NCBI GenBank assembly: GCA_963818005.1
Contig: CAWFQP010000045.1
Coordinates: 3,273-67,272, forward strand
Origin: an uncultured Pseudomonadota bacterium
Lineage (GTDB): Bacteria > Pseudomonadota > Gammaproteobacteria > Burkholderiales > Burkholderiaceae_C
Length of the DNA: 64,000 nucleotides
Reading direction: 5' to 3'
Below the pieces are notes generated by a model that was not told the origin of the DNA, did no database searches, and saw only the letters and a list, made by a program, of their open reading frames with translations. Position numbers and translations under genes: made by a program. Positions within the stretch are counted from its first letter, which is position 1, and the number at the start of each line of letters is the position of its first letter. Shown piece after piece: positions 10,421-23,613 of this stretch.

Positions 10421-11346
10421 ACACCAACGTCTTGCGCACCGCGCCGGCCACTGCACAGGCCAACGGCATCGAACTGTGCTACGACACCTTCGGCGACACG
10501 CAGGCGCCGCCGCTGCTGCTGATCATGGGCCTGGCGGCGCAGATGATCGCCTGGGACGACGATTTCTGCGCCGCGCTGGCGGGGCGCGGCTTTCGCGTCA
10601 TCCGCTTCGACAACCGCGACATCGGCTTGTCCACGCGGCTCGAAAGCGCGGGCGTGCCCAACGTGCCGCAGCTGCTGCAGGCACATCTGATGGGCCAGCC
10701 GGTGAAGGCTGCCTACACGCTCGGCGACATGGCGCGCGACTGCGTCGGCCTGCTCGATGCGCTGGGCATCGACAGCGCGCACATCGTCGGCGCGTCGATG
10801 GGCGGCGCCATCGCGCAGACGCTGGCCATCGAACACCCGCAACGCGTGCGCAGCCTGACGTCGATCATGGCCACCAGCGGCGACCCGTCGCTGCCGCCGC
10901 CCAAGCCCGAGGCGCTGCAACTGCTGATGACGCCCACGCCCACCGACCAGGCCGGCTACTACCAGCGTTACCTGCAGACCTGGAAGCTGCTGCGCGGCCC
11001 CGGCTTCCCGCTGGACGAGGCGCGCGACCTGGAGCGCGCCGCGCAGACCTTCACGCGCGGCCTGTACCCGGCCGGCGTGGCACGCCAGCTGATCGCCATC
11101 CTGGCCTCGGGCAGCCGCAAGGCGGCGCTGGCCAAGGTGCGCGTGCCCACGCTGGTGATCCACGGCGACGCCGACCCGCTGGTGCCACTGGCCTGCGGCA
11201 TCGACGTCGCCGATACCGTGCCCGGCGCCGAGCGGTTGATTGTCGAAGGCATGGGCCACGCGCTGCCGATCACGCTGTGGCCGCCGATCATCGACGCCAT
11301 TGCGGAGCATGCGGCGCGGGCACAGGCGTCGGCTGCCGAGCGCTGA
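10417..11346 (+). CDS. alpha/beta hydrolase (esterase)
   Basis: LLLIMGLAAQM, FDNRDIG, GASMGG, HGDADPLVP, GMGH; ATGA overlap with the upstream gene. Confidence 0.9.
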   Translation: MNTNVLRTAPATAQANGIELCYDTFGDTQAPPLLLIMGLAAQMIAWDDDFCAALAGRGFRVIRFDNRDIGLSTRLESAGVPNVPQLLQAHLMGQPVKAAYTLGDMARDCVGLLDALGIDSAHIVGASMGGAIAQTLAIEHPQRVRSLTSIMATSGDPSLPPPKPEALQLLMTPTPTDQAGYYQRYLQTWKLLRGPGFPLDEARDLERAAQTFTRGLYPAGVARQLIAILASGSRKAALAKVRVPTLVIHGDADPLVPLACGIDVADTVPGAERLIVEGMGHALPITLWPPIIDAIAEHAARAQASAAER

Positions 11347-11401
11347 GCGCGCCGCCCACGCGACGGCCGCACGTGACGGCCGCACACGGCGGCAGCTGTC
11401 G

Positions 11402-12880
11402 CTATGCCCTGCGCTTGCGCACCGGCGCCGGCTTGCCCTTGATCGCCTTCTTCGCAACGGCCTTGCGCCGAGCTGGCCCGGCCGGCAGGCTCGCCGTTTG
11501 GGCCACCAGTTCATCCAGCGCCGCGAGCAGCGCCGCCGACAGCTCGCGCGCATCCGGTATGGCCGAACGCGCGGTGGTGAAACCGAAACCCATGGCGCCG
11601 GCGTAGCTCATCACCGTGATGCTCAGCGCCTGGCCATGCTGCACGATGTTCAACGGCCAGTAGCCGTCCATCAATGCGCCGCCGGCGTACAGCGGCACCT
11701 GCGGCCCGGGCACGTTGGAGATCACCAGGTTCGCCGGGGTCGGGATGGCGTCGGCCACGCCCTTGCGCCCGTACAGCGATGCCATGGTCTGCATCAGCCA
11801 GGGAATGCCGATCGAAGGAAAGTCGGTCGGCGTCACACCGCGGGCGCGCTTGCTCTGTTCCTTGACGAGGGCCGAGGTGTCGCGGATGGCCAGCAGCCGC
11901 TGCACCGGATCCTTGATGTCGGTGTGCAGCTTGACCATGCCCATCGTCGCCTGCGTCGAGTAGTCGGTGTTGCCCGGATCGCGCAGCGAGATCGGCATGG
12001 CCGCGATCAGCGACTTCTTCGGCAGACCGCCGTGCTGGGCCAGGTAGGTGCGCAGCGCACCGCTGCACAGTGCGAGCACCACGTCGTTGAGCTTGACCGC
12101 GTGCGCCGCGGCGAGCTGCTTCAAGCCGTCCAGCGGGACGGACAGGGCTGCGAAACCGCGCTCGGCAGTGATTCGGCCGTTGAGCAGCGTCTTCGGGGCG
12201 AACTCGGCCTGTGCCGCGGGCTGCATCGGCCACTTGTCTCGGCGCGTCCCGAAGATTGCGGCCAGCGTCTGCGCGATGTCGGGCAGCTGCCTGAGCAGTT
12301 TTGCGTACTGGCCAGCGTCGTGCCTGAGCGCCGCCAAGGCGAGCTCGGCCGTGCCGGGATGTTCCGCGGCGGGCAACCTGGCCGTGGGGATGCGTCGCGG
12401 TTTGGGGCCGATGTCGAAAAGCGCCAGCGCCATCAGCACGCCAGCCTGCCCGTCCATCGTGGCATGGTGCACCTTGATGTAGCTGGCCACCCGGCCATCC
12501 TCCAGCCCATCGAGCAACGCGATGCGCCACAGCGGCCGGTTGCGGTCGAGCAGCTCCGAGTGCAGCCGGGCGATGCAGTCTTCGAGCTGCGCCTGCGTGC
12601 CGGGCCTGGGCAGGGTCAGGTCTTGCACGTGGTAGTCCCAGTCGATCCGGTCTTCGTCCACCCAGACCGGGTTGGCAAACTGCAGCGGCATCGGCGCCAG
12701 CTTGCGCACGAACGCCGGCACCAGATGCAGCCGCTTGCCCAGTTCGCGCCTGAAGTCGGCGCGGAAGTCGCCCTTGTAGCCCTTGGGCAGGACATAGCGG
12801 CTCAGCGAGCCGACATGCTGCGGTGTTTCCGGCGACTCGATGTGCAGGAAGGTGCCATCGAGGCCGCTCACGGTCTTCAT
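11402..12880 (-). CDS. wax ester/triacylglycerol synthase (WS/DGAT) O-acyltransferase
   Basis: SGLDGTFLHIESPETPQHVG, LDRNRPLW, catalytic KVHHATMDG, NLVISNVPGP. Confidence 0.93.
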   Translation of the reverse strand: MKTVSGLDGTFLHIESPETPQHVGSLSRYVLPKGYKGDFRADFRRELGKRLHLVPAFVRKLAPMPLQFANPVWVDEDRIDWDYHVQDLTLPRPGTQAQLEDCIARLHSELLDRNRPLWRIALLDGLEDGRVASYIKVHHATMDGQAGVLMALALFDIGPKPRRIPTARLPAAEHPGTAELALAALRHDAGQYAKLLRQLPDIAQTLAAIFGTRRDKWPMQPAAQAEFAPKTLLNGRITAERGFAALSVPLDGLKQLAAAHAVKLNDVVLALCSGALRTYLAQHGGLPKKSLIAAMPISLRDPGNTDYSTQATMGMVKLHTDIKDPVQRLLAIRDTSALVKEQSKRARGVTPTDFPSIGIPWLMQTMASLYGRKGVADAIPTPANLVISNVPGPQVPLYAGGALMDGYWPLNIVQHGQALSITVMSYAGAMGFGFTTARSAIPDARELSAALLAALDELVAQTASLPAGPARRKAVAKKAIKGKPAPVRKRRA

Positions 12881-13184
12881 CTTGCGTCACTCCATCGACG
12901 GGCTGGGTCTGCACCGACTGCGGCCGAGCGATCGTTCCGCGGCGGCGCAGCGTCGCGCGACGCTAGCACAGACGCTTTGGCGCTCGACACGGCCCGAATC
13001 AAGGCGCGGTCGTGAGGGCCACGACACGCTGCGTCGGTGAGCTGCACTCACGCGGCATTCGCTGCCGCCAGCGAGCCCCGCCTGCCTACCTGGCGCAGCA
13101 CATGAAAGTGGTGCGACCGCGATCGCATTGGATGCCGGGGCAGGACCCGGCATTGACACAGCCGGCATAGGCCGCGGTCGGCCT

Positions 13185-14540
13185 TCAGCCGACTCTGCGC
13201 GACGGCTCGCGCATCAGCACGAACTCCTCGGCCGCGGTCGGGTGCACGGCGATCGTGTGGTCGAACATCGCCTTGGTCGCGCCCGCAGTCAGCGCCACGG
13301 CCAGGCTCTGCACGATCTCGGGCGCGTCGGCGCCCATCATGTGCACCGCCAGCACCTTGTCGGTCTGCGCATCGACCAGCAGCTTCATGTAGCAGCGCTC
13401 GGCACCGTCGATGAAGGCCTGGCGCATCGGGCGGAAATCGGCCTCGAAGACCTTGAGCTTGTGGCCGGCGGCCAGTGCGTCGGCCTCGGTCGGCCCGATG
13501 GTGGCCAGCGGCGGCAGCATGAACACCGCCGCGGTGACCAGGCTCAGGTCGACCTCGCGCGGGTGCGGCCCGAACAGCGAATCGGCCAGCGCCCGCCCTT
13601 CGGCAATTGCCACCGGCGTCAGGTTCCACTGGTTGGTGACGTCGCCGATGGCGTAGACACCTTCGGCCGTGGTGTGCAGCCTCGCATCCACCGGCACGGC
13701 GCCGGCGGCGTCGAGCGCTGATGCCCAGGCGTTCCAGGCCCAGCCCGGCGGTGTTGGGGCGGCGGCCGGTGGCATTGAGCACGAACGGGAACTCGAGCAA
13801 ACGCTCGTCGTCCAGGATCAGCAGCCACTCGCCGCCGGCACGCTGCAACTCGCGCGGTGCGGCCCCGGGATGCAGTGTCACGCCGGCGGCCTGCAGCGCG
13901 GCCGCAGCGCGGGTGCGCAGGTCCTCGTCGAAGCCGCGCAGCGGCAGCCGCGCCCGGTAGAACAGGCTCACCGCCACGCCCAGCCGCGCCAGGATGCTGG
14001 CGAATTCGAGCGCGATGAAGCCGCTGCCGACGATGGCGGCTTTCGGCGGCAGCACGTGCAGGTCGAGCAGCTCGTCGCTGGTCGGACAGTGTTCGATGCC
14101 CGCAATGCTGTCGCGTACCGGCGCCGCGCCGGTGGCGACGAGGATGTGCTTCGCCTGCAGCACCCGGTCGCCCACGCGCACGCGCTGCGGGCCGTCGATC
14201 ACGGCGCGGCCTTCGACCAGCTCGACCTTCGATCCGGCCAGCAGCTGCCGGTAGATGTGCTCCAGGCGCTGCGTCTCCGCCGCCTTCGACGCCGCCCAGC
14301 GCGCCATCTCGAAGTGCGGATGGCCGAGACTCCAGCCATAGCCGGCGGCCTCGCGGAAGGCGTCGCCGTACTGCGCGGCATACATCAGCAGCTTCTTCGG
14401 CACGCAGCCGCGAATGACGCAGGTGCCGCCGACGCGGCTGCTCTCGATGATCGCCACCTTGGCGCCATGCGCCGCGGCGCGGCGCGAGGCGGCGACGCCG
14501 CCGGAGCCGGCGCCGATCACCACCAGGTCGAAGGTGTCGC

Positions 14541-14544
<4 letters not shown>
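13185..14544 (-). CDS. gor: glutathione-disulfide reductase (one apparent frameshift near 13715)
   Basis: GAGSGG, GGTCVIRGCVPKK redox dithiol, AIGDVT..LTPVAI, HPTAAEEFV; split over two ORFs. Confidence 0.85.
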
Positions 14545-17677
<3,133 letters not shown>

Positions 17678-17890
17678 TCAGCCGCCGCGCAGTGCCTTGG
17701 CCGCGGCGACGATGTCGGCCACGCCGATGCGCGACTGCGCCTCCAGCACCGGCGCATAGCCCACCGGAATGCGCGGCGCGCCCAGGCGTTTGAGCTTGCA
17801 GTCGGTGGCCTCTGCCGCGCTGGCGGCGATCTCCGCACCGAAGCCGGCCACTTGCACCGCCTCGTGTACCAGCAGCAGGTGGCCGGTGCG
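17678..17890 (-). pseudogene. C-terminal remnant of a 2-oxoacid dehydrogenase E1 beta subunit
   Basis: RTGHLLLVHEAVQVAGFGAEIAA...KRLGAPRIPVGYAPVLE...IVAAAKAL fits the transketolase C-terminal domain; no N-terminal part upstream. Confidence 0.72.
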
Positions 17891-17980
17891 GTCGCAGCAT
17901 GGGTGCTGGGCGGTGCAGGGTGGGCGGCGAGCATAAACTCGCGTCTCTTCGACCACCCTAGAGCCCAGGAGATTTTTCTG

Positions 17981-18668
17981 ATGCGTTGCCGCGCTCGCCG
18001 CGCCGCCCCCGCGCTCATGCTGAGTGCCGCGCTTGCCGCCATCACGAACCCGGCGGTGCAGAATTGCTTCAACGCCACGGCGCCGGTGTGGGGCGTGCCC
18101 TGCGAGCCGATGCTGCTGAAGGAAGGTGCCACGGTCGAGGCCGCCTTCGGCGCACGAGCGCTGTTCGAGGCCGACCTGCTGGTGCGCGTGTCCGACGCGC
18201 CGCATCAACCAGGCGAAGACGCCCGGGCAGGTGCTGCAATCCATCGAACAGCTGATCCCGGCGATCGAGCTGCCCGACCTGGTGGTCGAGGCGCCGTCCA
18301 AGCTCAACGGCGCGGGCGTGGCCGCGATCAACGTCGGCGCGCGCTACTTCGTCGCCGGCACGCCGATCGCGGTGAAGCGCACGCAGGCCTTCGCCGAATC
18401 GCTGGCCAGCATGAAGGTGCTGGTGATGGGCGGCGGCCTGGATCTGGACACCGGCTTCGGCCGCGACGTGCTCGACCACCCGTTCAACGCGCTGGCCTGG
18501 TTGGCGCAGGACCTGCAGAAGCGCGGCCTGGCATTGAAGAAGGGTGACCTGATCAGCGTCGGCTCGTTCGCCAAGCTCATGCCGTCCAAGGCCGGCCAGA
18601 AGGTCGAGGTTCAATACCAGGGCCTGCCCGACAACCCGACGGTGTCGGTGAAGACCCAGTTCGGCTGA
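17981..18668 (+). pseudogene. 2-keto-4-pentenoate hydratase/FAH-family protein, frameshifted (~18200) and apparently shortened
   Basis: TNPAVQ, FEADLLVRV, IELPDL, NVGAR, HPFNALAWL, GDLISVGSF across two frames. Confidence 0.7.
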
Positions 18669-18681
18669 TACGGGGGCCAGC

Positions 18682-19221
18682 ATGGCGATCCGCGAGATCC
18701 TGAAGATGGGCGACGAACGGCTGCTGCGTGTGGCCGTGCCGGTGACCGAGTTCGACACGCCTGACCTGCTCGCGCTGATCGAGGACATGTTCGACACGAT
18801 GCGTGCGGCCAACGGCGCGGGCCTGGCCGCGCCGCAGATCGGCGAGGACCTGCAGCTGGTGATCTTCGGCTTCGAGCGCAATCAGCGCTATCCCGACGCA
18901 CCGCCGGTGCCGCAGACGGTGTTGATCAACCCGGTGATCGAGCCGCTCGGCGACGAGAGGGTCGACGGCTGGGAAGGCTGCCTGTCGGTGCCGGGGCTGC
19001 GCGGCGTGGTGTCGCGCTTCGCGCGCATCCGCTACCGCGGCTTCGACCCGCAGGGCCGGCTGATCGAGCGCGAGGCCGACGGCTTCCACGCGCGCGTCGT
19101 GCAGCACGAATGCGACCACCTGATCGGCCGCTTGTACCCGACGCGCATGAGCGACCTGACGCGTTTCGGCTACACCAGCGTGCTGTTCCCCGACCTCGAT
19201 CCGGGCGAGGCCGACGACTGA
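18682..19221 (+). CDS. def: peptide deformylase
   Basis: [25 protein letters not shown]. Confidence 0.97.
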   Translation: MAIREILKMGDERLLRVAVPVTEFDTPDLLALIEDMFDTMRAANGAGLAAPQIGEDLQLVIFGFERNQRYPDAPPVPQTVLINPVIEPLGDERVDGWEGCLSVPGLRGVVSRFARIRYRGFDPQGRLIEREADGFHARVVQHECDHLIGRLYPTRMSDLTRFGYTSVLFPDLDPGEADD

Positions 19222-19340
19222 CGCACTCAGCGCAGCTTCGACCCCGCATGGCAAGGGTCAACCCGGGTCCAGGTCATCCCGGCCGGCCGATGCTGCGTTG
19301 ATTAGCGCATGGCCCGTCCGGGCCGGAGGGAGGAACGTCG

Positions 19341-21045
19341 ATGCGTGGCTGTCTGGGGCGCGCACTGGGCCTGCTGGCGCTGTGGCTGCTGGCCGGTGTC
19401 GCACAGGCGCAGGACGATCCGCCCGGCCGTGTCGGCCGGCTCGCCGCACTGCACGGCGAGGTCTGGGTGCAGGAGGCGGGGCAGGGCGAATGGATCGAGG
19501 CGCTGCCGAACCGGCCCTTCACCGGCGGCGAGCGGCTGGCCACCGCGGCGGGAGCATCGGCCGAATTGCACATCGGCTCGACCACCGTGTTCCTCGGCGA
19601 ACAGACCGAGTTCGAGGCGCTGCGCCTGGACGACGAGCGTTTGCAGTTCCGACTGCAGCGCGGCCGGATGGCCCTGCGGCTGCAGTCGCACGAGGTCGCG
19701 GCCGAACTGGAGGTGCTGCATCCCGAGGCGCGCTTCATGCTGCGGCGCGCCGGCTTCTACCGCGTCGACCGGCTGGCCGAAACCAGCGACGTCACTGTCT
19801 GGCGCGGCGAGATGCAGGTCGAGGCCCACAACCTGTCGCTGACGCTGCACGCCGGCCAGCGCGCCGCGTTCTGGCGCGAAGGCAGCCTGGGTGACACGAC
19901 GCGGCAATGGCTGACACCGCAGCAGGACGACTTTGCGCTGACGGCGCAGCGCGAGGACCAGGCGCGCGCGCAGCTGATGCCATCGGAACTGGTGCCTGCG
20001 GAAATGACCGGGGTCGAGGACCTGCAGCGCTACGGCAGCTGGCAGCAGCATCCGGAAGTCGGTGCGGTGTGGATTCCCAGTGTGGTGGCCAGCGGCTGGG
20101 CGCCGTACCGCCATGGCCAGTGGGCCTGGGTCCGCCCCTGGGGCTGGACCTGGGTCGACGCGGCGCCGTGGGGCTTCGCACCGTTCCACTACGGCCGCTG
20201 GCTGTGGTGGGGCAACCGCTGGTGCTGGACGCCCGGGCCGCGTGTACAGCGGCCGGTGTACGCGCCGGCGCTGGTCGGCTGGGTCGGCGCACGGCCGCCG
20301 CCGGGCGGGGCCTGGGGCGGCCGTCCGCCGCCGGCGCATGGCTGGGTGCCGCTCGCGCCGCGCGAGGCCTACACGCCCGGCTATCGTGTCAGCCCCGGCC
20401 ACCTGAAGCGGCTCAATCCGCATCTGCCGGCCGGCCCGCTGCCGGCGCCGGCCTTCGTCAACCGCGGCGTGCCGGATGCAGTGACGGCGTTGCCGTCACT
20501 GCACGGCGCGCCCCGTCCGCCAGCGGCGTCGCTGCGCCGCGGCGATCCGGCTCGCGGCCCCTGGCCCGTCGATCCGGACCTGGCGCAGCCACGGCCGCAG
20601 CGGCCGCAGGCCGACCGCCGCGAACATGTCGCGCCGCGCGCGGCGCTGCCGATCGAGGCCACGCTGGGTGAAGCGCCGCCGCGCAGGCCGCCGGTGCGCA
20701 GCGCGCCGCGATCGCGTCAGGCACAGCGGCGCCTGCCACCGCCGCAGTCCCCTCTGCGCACGCTCCCTTCGGCGGCCGGCCGCGCACGACGACGCCGCCG
20801 AACGCAGACCCCGGTCGCGAACGGCCGCCGTCGGCGGCGGTACAGCGCACAGGCACAGGCCGTGCGCCCTGCGCCCGCGGTGGCCTTGCCGCAGCCGACG
20901 CCGGCGGCCGTGCACAGGCCCGAGCGCAGCGGCGGCTGCAGCGCCCGGCGCTCGTCCCGGCGAGAACGCGGCGATGCGCCGCGACGCCGACCCGGGCGAG
21001 CGCCGGCGCACGCCGGAATCGCGCCAGCAGGGCCGCGAACGCTGA
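19341..21045 (+). CDS. exported FecR-like/DUF6600-type protein with Pro-rich tail (frameshifts in tail)
   Basis: Signal peptide, DPPGRVGRL, WAPYRHGQWAWVRPWGWTWVDAAPWGFAPFHYGRW, YAPALVGW, GWVPLAPRE; true stop uncertain. Confidence 0.75.
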
Positions 21046-21055
21046 GCGGCGCGCG

Positions 21056-21724
21056 TCACTTCAGCAACGGCTTCAGCGTCGGCCAGACGTTGTCCAGCAG
21101 GCGCGCCTGCGCCTGAGCATTCGGATGGATGCGGTCGGCCTGGAACAGCTTGTCGGCATCCGGAGCGTCGGCCACGCCGGCCAGGAAGAAGGGCACCAGC
21201 GCCGCGCCTTCGGCCTTGGCCACGCCGGCGAACAGCTTGGCGAAGTCCTGCGCGTACTTCTGACCGTAGTTGGGCGGCACCTGCATGCCGAGCAGCAGCA
21301 CGCGCGCGCCGGCGGTCTTGGCGGCCTGGGTCATCGCCGACAGGTTGGCCTGCGTCATGTTCAACGGCAGGCCGCGCAACGCGTCGTTGCCGCCGAGCTC
21401 GAGGATCACGACCGCCGGCTTGTGCTGCGCCAGCAGCTCGGGCAGGCGCGATCGCCCGCCCGAGGTGGTGTCGCCGCTGATGCTGGCATTGACCACCTTG
21501 ATCGCGATCCTGTCGCGCGCCAGCCGCTGCTGCAGCAACGCCACCCAGCCGCTGCCGCGCTCCAGGCCGTATTCGGCCGACAGGCTGTCGCCCACCACCA
21601 GCAGCGGACCGCGCTGCGGCGTGCCCTGTGCAGCCGATTCACGTGCGCACAGCCCGGCCAGCGCAAGCAGGCTACAGTGCCGCAGCAGCGCGCGCCGCGT
21701 TAGCCCCGAACCAAGAAGACGCAT
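21056..21724 (-). CDS. tesA: GDSL arylesterase/acyl-CoA thioesterase I
   Basis: GDSLSA, NASISGDTT, ELGGNDALRG, DRIHPN. Confidence 0.92.
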   Translation of the reverse strand: MRLLGSGLTRRALLRHCSLLALAGLCARESAAQGTPQRGPLLVVGDSLSAEYGLERGSGWVALLQQRLARDRIAIKVVNASISGDTTSGGRSRLPELLAQHKPAVVILELGGNDALRGLPLNMTQANLSAMTQAAKTAGARVLLLGMQVPPNYGQKYAQDFAKLFAGVAKAEGAALVPFFLAGVADAPDADKLFQADRIHPNAQAQARLLDNVWPTLKPLLK

Positions 21725-22406
21725 GTCCGAACCGATCATCGCTGTCCAACACATCACCAAGCAGGTGGCCGATTCCACCGGGTCGCTGACCATTCTCCAC
21801 GACATCAATTTCGAGCTGCGTGCGCAGGAGTCGGTGGCCGTCGTCGGTGCGTCGGGCTCGGGCAAGAGCACCTTGCTGTCGATCATCGCCGGGCTGGACG
21901 TGCCCACCAGCGGCCAGGTGCGGCTGGCCGGCACCGAGCTGTTCGCGCTCGACGAGGATGCGCGCGCCGCGGTGCGATCGCGCAAGTTGGGCTTCGTCTT
22001 CCAGAGCTTCCAGCTGCTGGCCAACCTGAACGCGCTGGAAAACGTCATGCTGCCGCTGGAACTGCTGGGGCAGGGCGACGCGCGCGCCCGCGCTGCCGAA
22101 ATGCTGGGCCGCGTCGGCCTGGGCAGCCGGCTGGGCCACTATCCCAAGGTGCTGTCGGGCGGCGAGCAGCAGCGTGTGGCGCTGGCACGGGCCTTCGTGG
22201 TGCACCCGGCCGTGCTGCTGGCCGACGAGCCCACCGGCAGCCTGGACTTCGCCACCGGCGCCAAGGTGATGGAACTGATGTTCGAGATGAACCGCGAGGC
22301 CGGCACGACGCTGGTGCTGGTGACACACGACAGCGGTATCGCCGCGCGCTGCCAGCGTCAGCTGGGCATCGAGGCCGGCCGCCTGGTCAGCGACCGCGAA
22401 GCCTGA
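21723..22406 (+). CDS. ybbA: ABC transporter ATP-binding protein (YbbA-like)
   Basis: GASGSGKST, LSGGEQQR, ADEPTGSLD; divergent from tesA. Confidence 0.88.
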   Translation: MSEPIIAVQHITKQVADSTGSLTILHDINFELRAQESVAVVGASGSGKSTLLSIIAGLDVPTSGQVRLAGTELFALDEDARAAVRSRKLGFVFQSFQLLANLNALENVMLPLELLGQGDARARAAEMLGRVGLGSRLGHYPKVLSGGEQQRVALARAFVVHPAVLLADEPTGSLDFATGAKVMELMFEMNREAGTTLVLVTHDSGIAARCQRQLGIEAGRLVSDREA

Positions 22407-22425
22407 CGCGCGCCGTGCAAGCCCG

Positions 22426-23238
22426 TTACTGCTGCGCGAACTTGTAGTCGGTCTTCGCGGCCTTGCGCAGGTCTTCCTGGTACTGCTGCAGCTTGCCCTG
22501 CTCCATGCGCTGCACGATCTGCGGCTTGACGTCGTCGAAGGCCGGGAACTCGGCCTCGCGCATGTCTTCCAGCTTGATGATGTGCCAGCCGAACTGGGTC
22601 TTCACCGGCACCTCGGTCATCTGGCCCTTCTTCAGCTGGGTCAGCGCCTGGCCGAACTCGGGCACGTAGGAATCGGCCTTGGCGAAGTCCAGGTCGCCGC
22701 CGTTGGCGCCGGAGCCCGGGTCCTTCGAGTTCTTCTTGGCCAGGTCCTCGAAGCTGGCGCCGCCCTTGATCTTGGCGATCAGTGCCTTGGCCTCGTCTTC
22801 CTTTTCCACCAGGATGTGGCGGGCGCGGTATTCGGTGCCGGTGAGCTGCGCCTTGAACTTGTCGTACTCGGCCTTGGCGTCGGCGTCGCTGACCGGATTG
22901 TTCTTCTTGAAATCCTCGAACAGCTCGCGGATCAGGATGCTCTGGCGCGCCAGCTCCATCTGCGCGCGGTAGTCGGCCGAGGCGGCGATGCCTTTCTTCT
23001 CGGCTTCCTGCGTGAAGATCTCGCGCAGCACCACCTGGTCCTTGGCCTGGGATTCCATTTCCGGGCCCACCTTCTGGCCGGCGCGGGAAGCTTGCTGCAG
23101 CAGATTGTCCACGCGCGACTTGGGTACGGCCTTGCCGTTGACCAGCGCGATGTTCTGTGCCTGCACCGCCATGGGCATCAGCAGCGCCGCGGACAGGGCG
23201 ATGAATGCGGCGCGCACGGCCTGGGAGTTCGACTTCAT
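22426..23238 (-). CDS. PpiC-type periplasmic peptidylprolyl isomerase
   Basis: Signal peptide, ARHILVE, SKDPGSGANGGDL, KTQFGWHII. Confidence 0.92.
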   Translation of the reverse strand: MKSNSQAVRAAFIALSAALLMPMAVQAQNIALVNGKAVPKSRVDNLLQQASRAGQKVGPEMESQAKDQVVLREIFTQEAEKKGIAASADYRAQMELARQSILIRELFEDFKKNNPVSDADAKAEYDKFKAQLTGTEYRARHILVEKEDEAKALIAKIKGGASFEDLAKKNSKDPGSGANGGDLDFAKADSYVPEFGQALTQLKKGQMTEVPVKTQFGWHIIKLEDMREAEFPAFDDVKPQIVQRMEQGKLQQYQEDLRKAAKTDYKFAQQ

Positions 23239-23334
23239 GTCTTGGGGGCTTTCGTGGAGGTTGCGCAGGCCGCAGCGGCGCGGCGGGAGCGGGCTTCGAT
23301 GCCCACCATCAGCAAAGGTTCACTGCGCGTGGTT

Positions 23335-23613
23335 TCAATGCTCGTCGGGCGCATGCGCCTCGATGGCCAGCGCGTGGATGCCCGCGGGCATCAACAAGCG
23401 CAGGGCATCATACACGAGGCGATGCCGCGCCACGCGGCCGCAGCCCGTGAATCGTGCGCTGGTGATGCGCACGCTGAAGTGCCGGCCCTCGCGCGCGCCG
23501 GCGTGCCCGACGTGCAGGTGGCTGTCGTCCTGCACTTCGAGCGCGATTGGCAACAATGCCTCGCGCAAGGCGGCCTCGATCGCCTCGCGGCTGACGCCGG
23601 GCGCGGGGTTCAT
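23335..23613 (-). CDS. bolA: BolA family protein
   Basis: DDSHLHVGHAG, HF, RHRLVY, IHALAI. Confidence 0.9.
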   Translation of the reverse strand: MNPAPGVSREAIEAALREALLPIALEVQDDSHLHVGHAGAREGRHFSVRITSARFTGCGRVARHRLVYDALRLLMPAGIHALAIEAHAPDEH

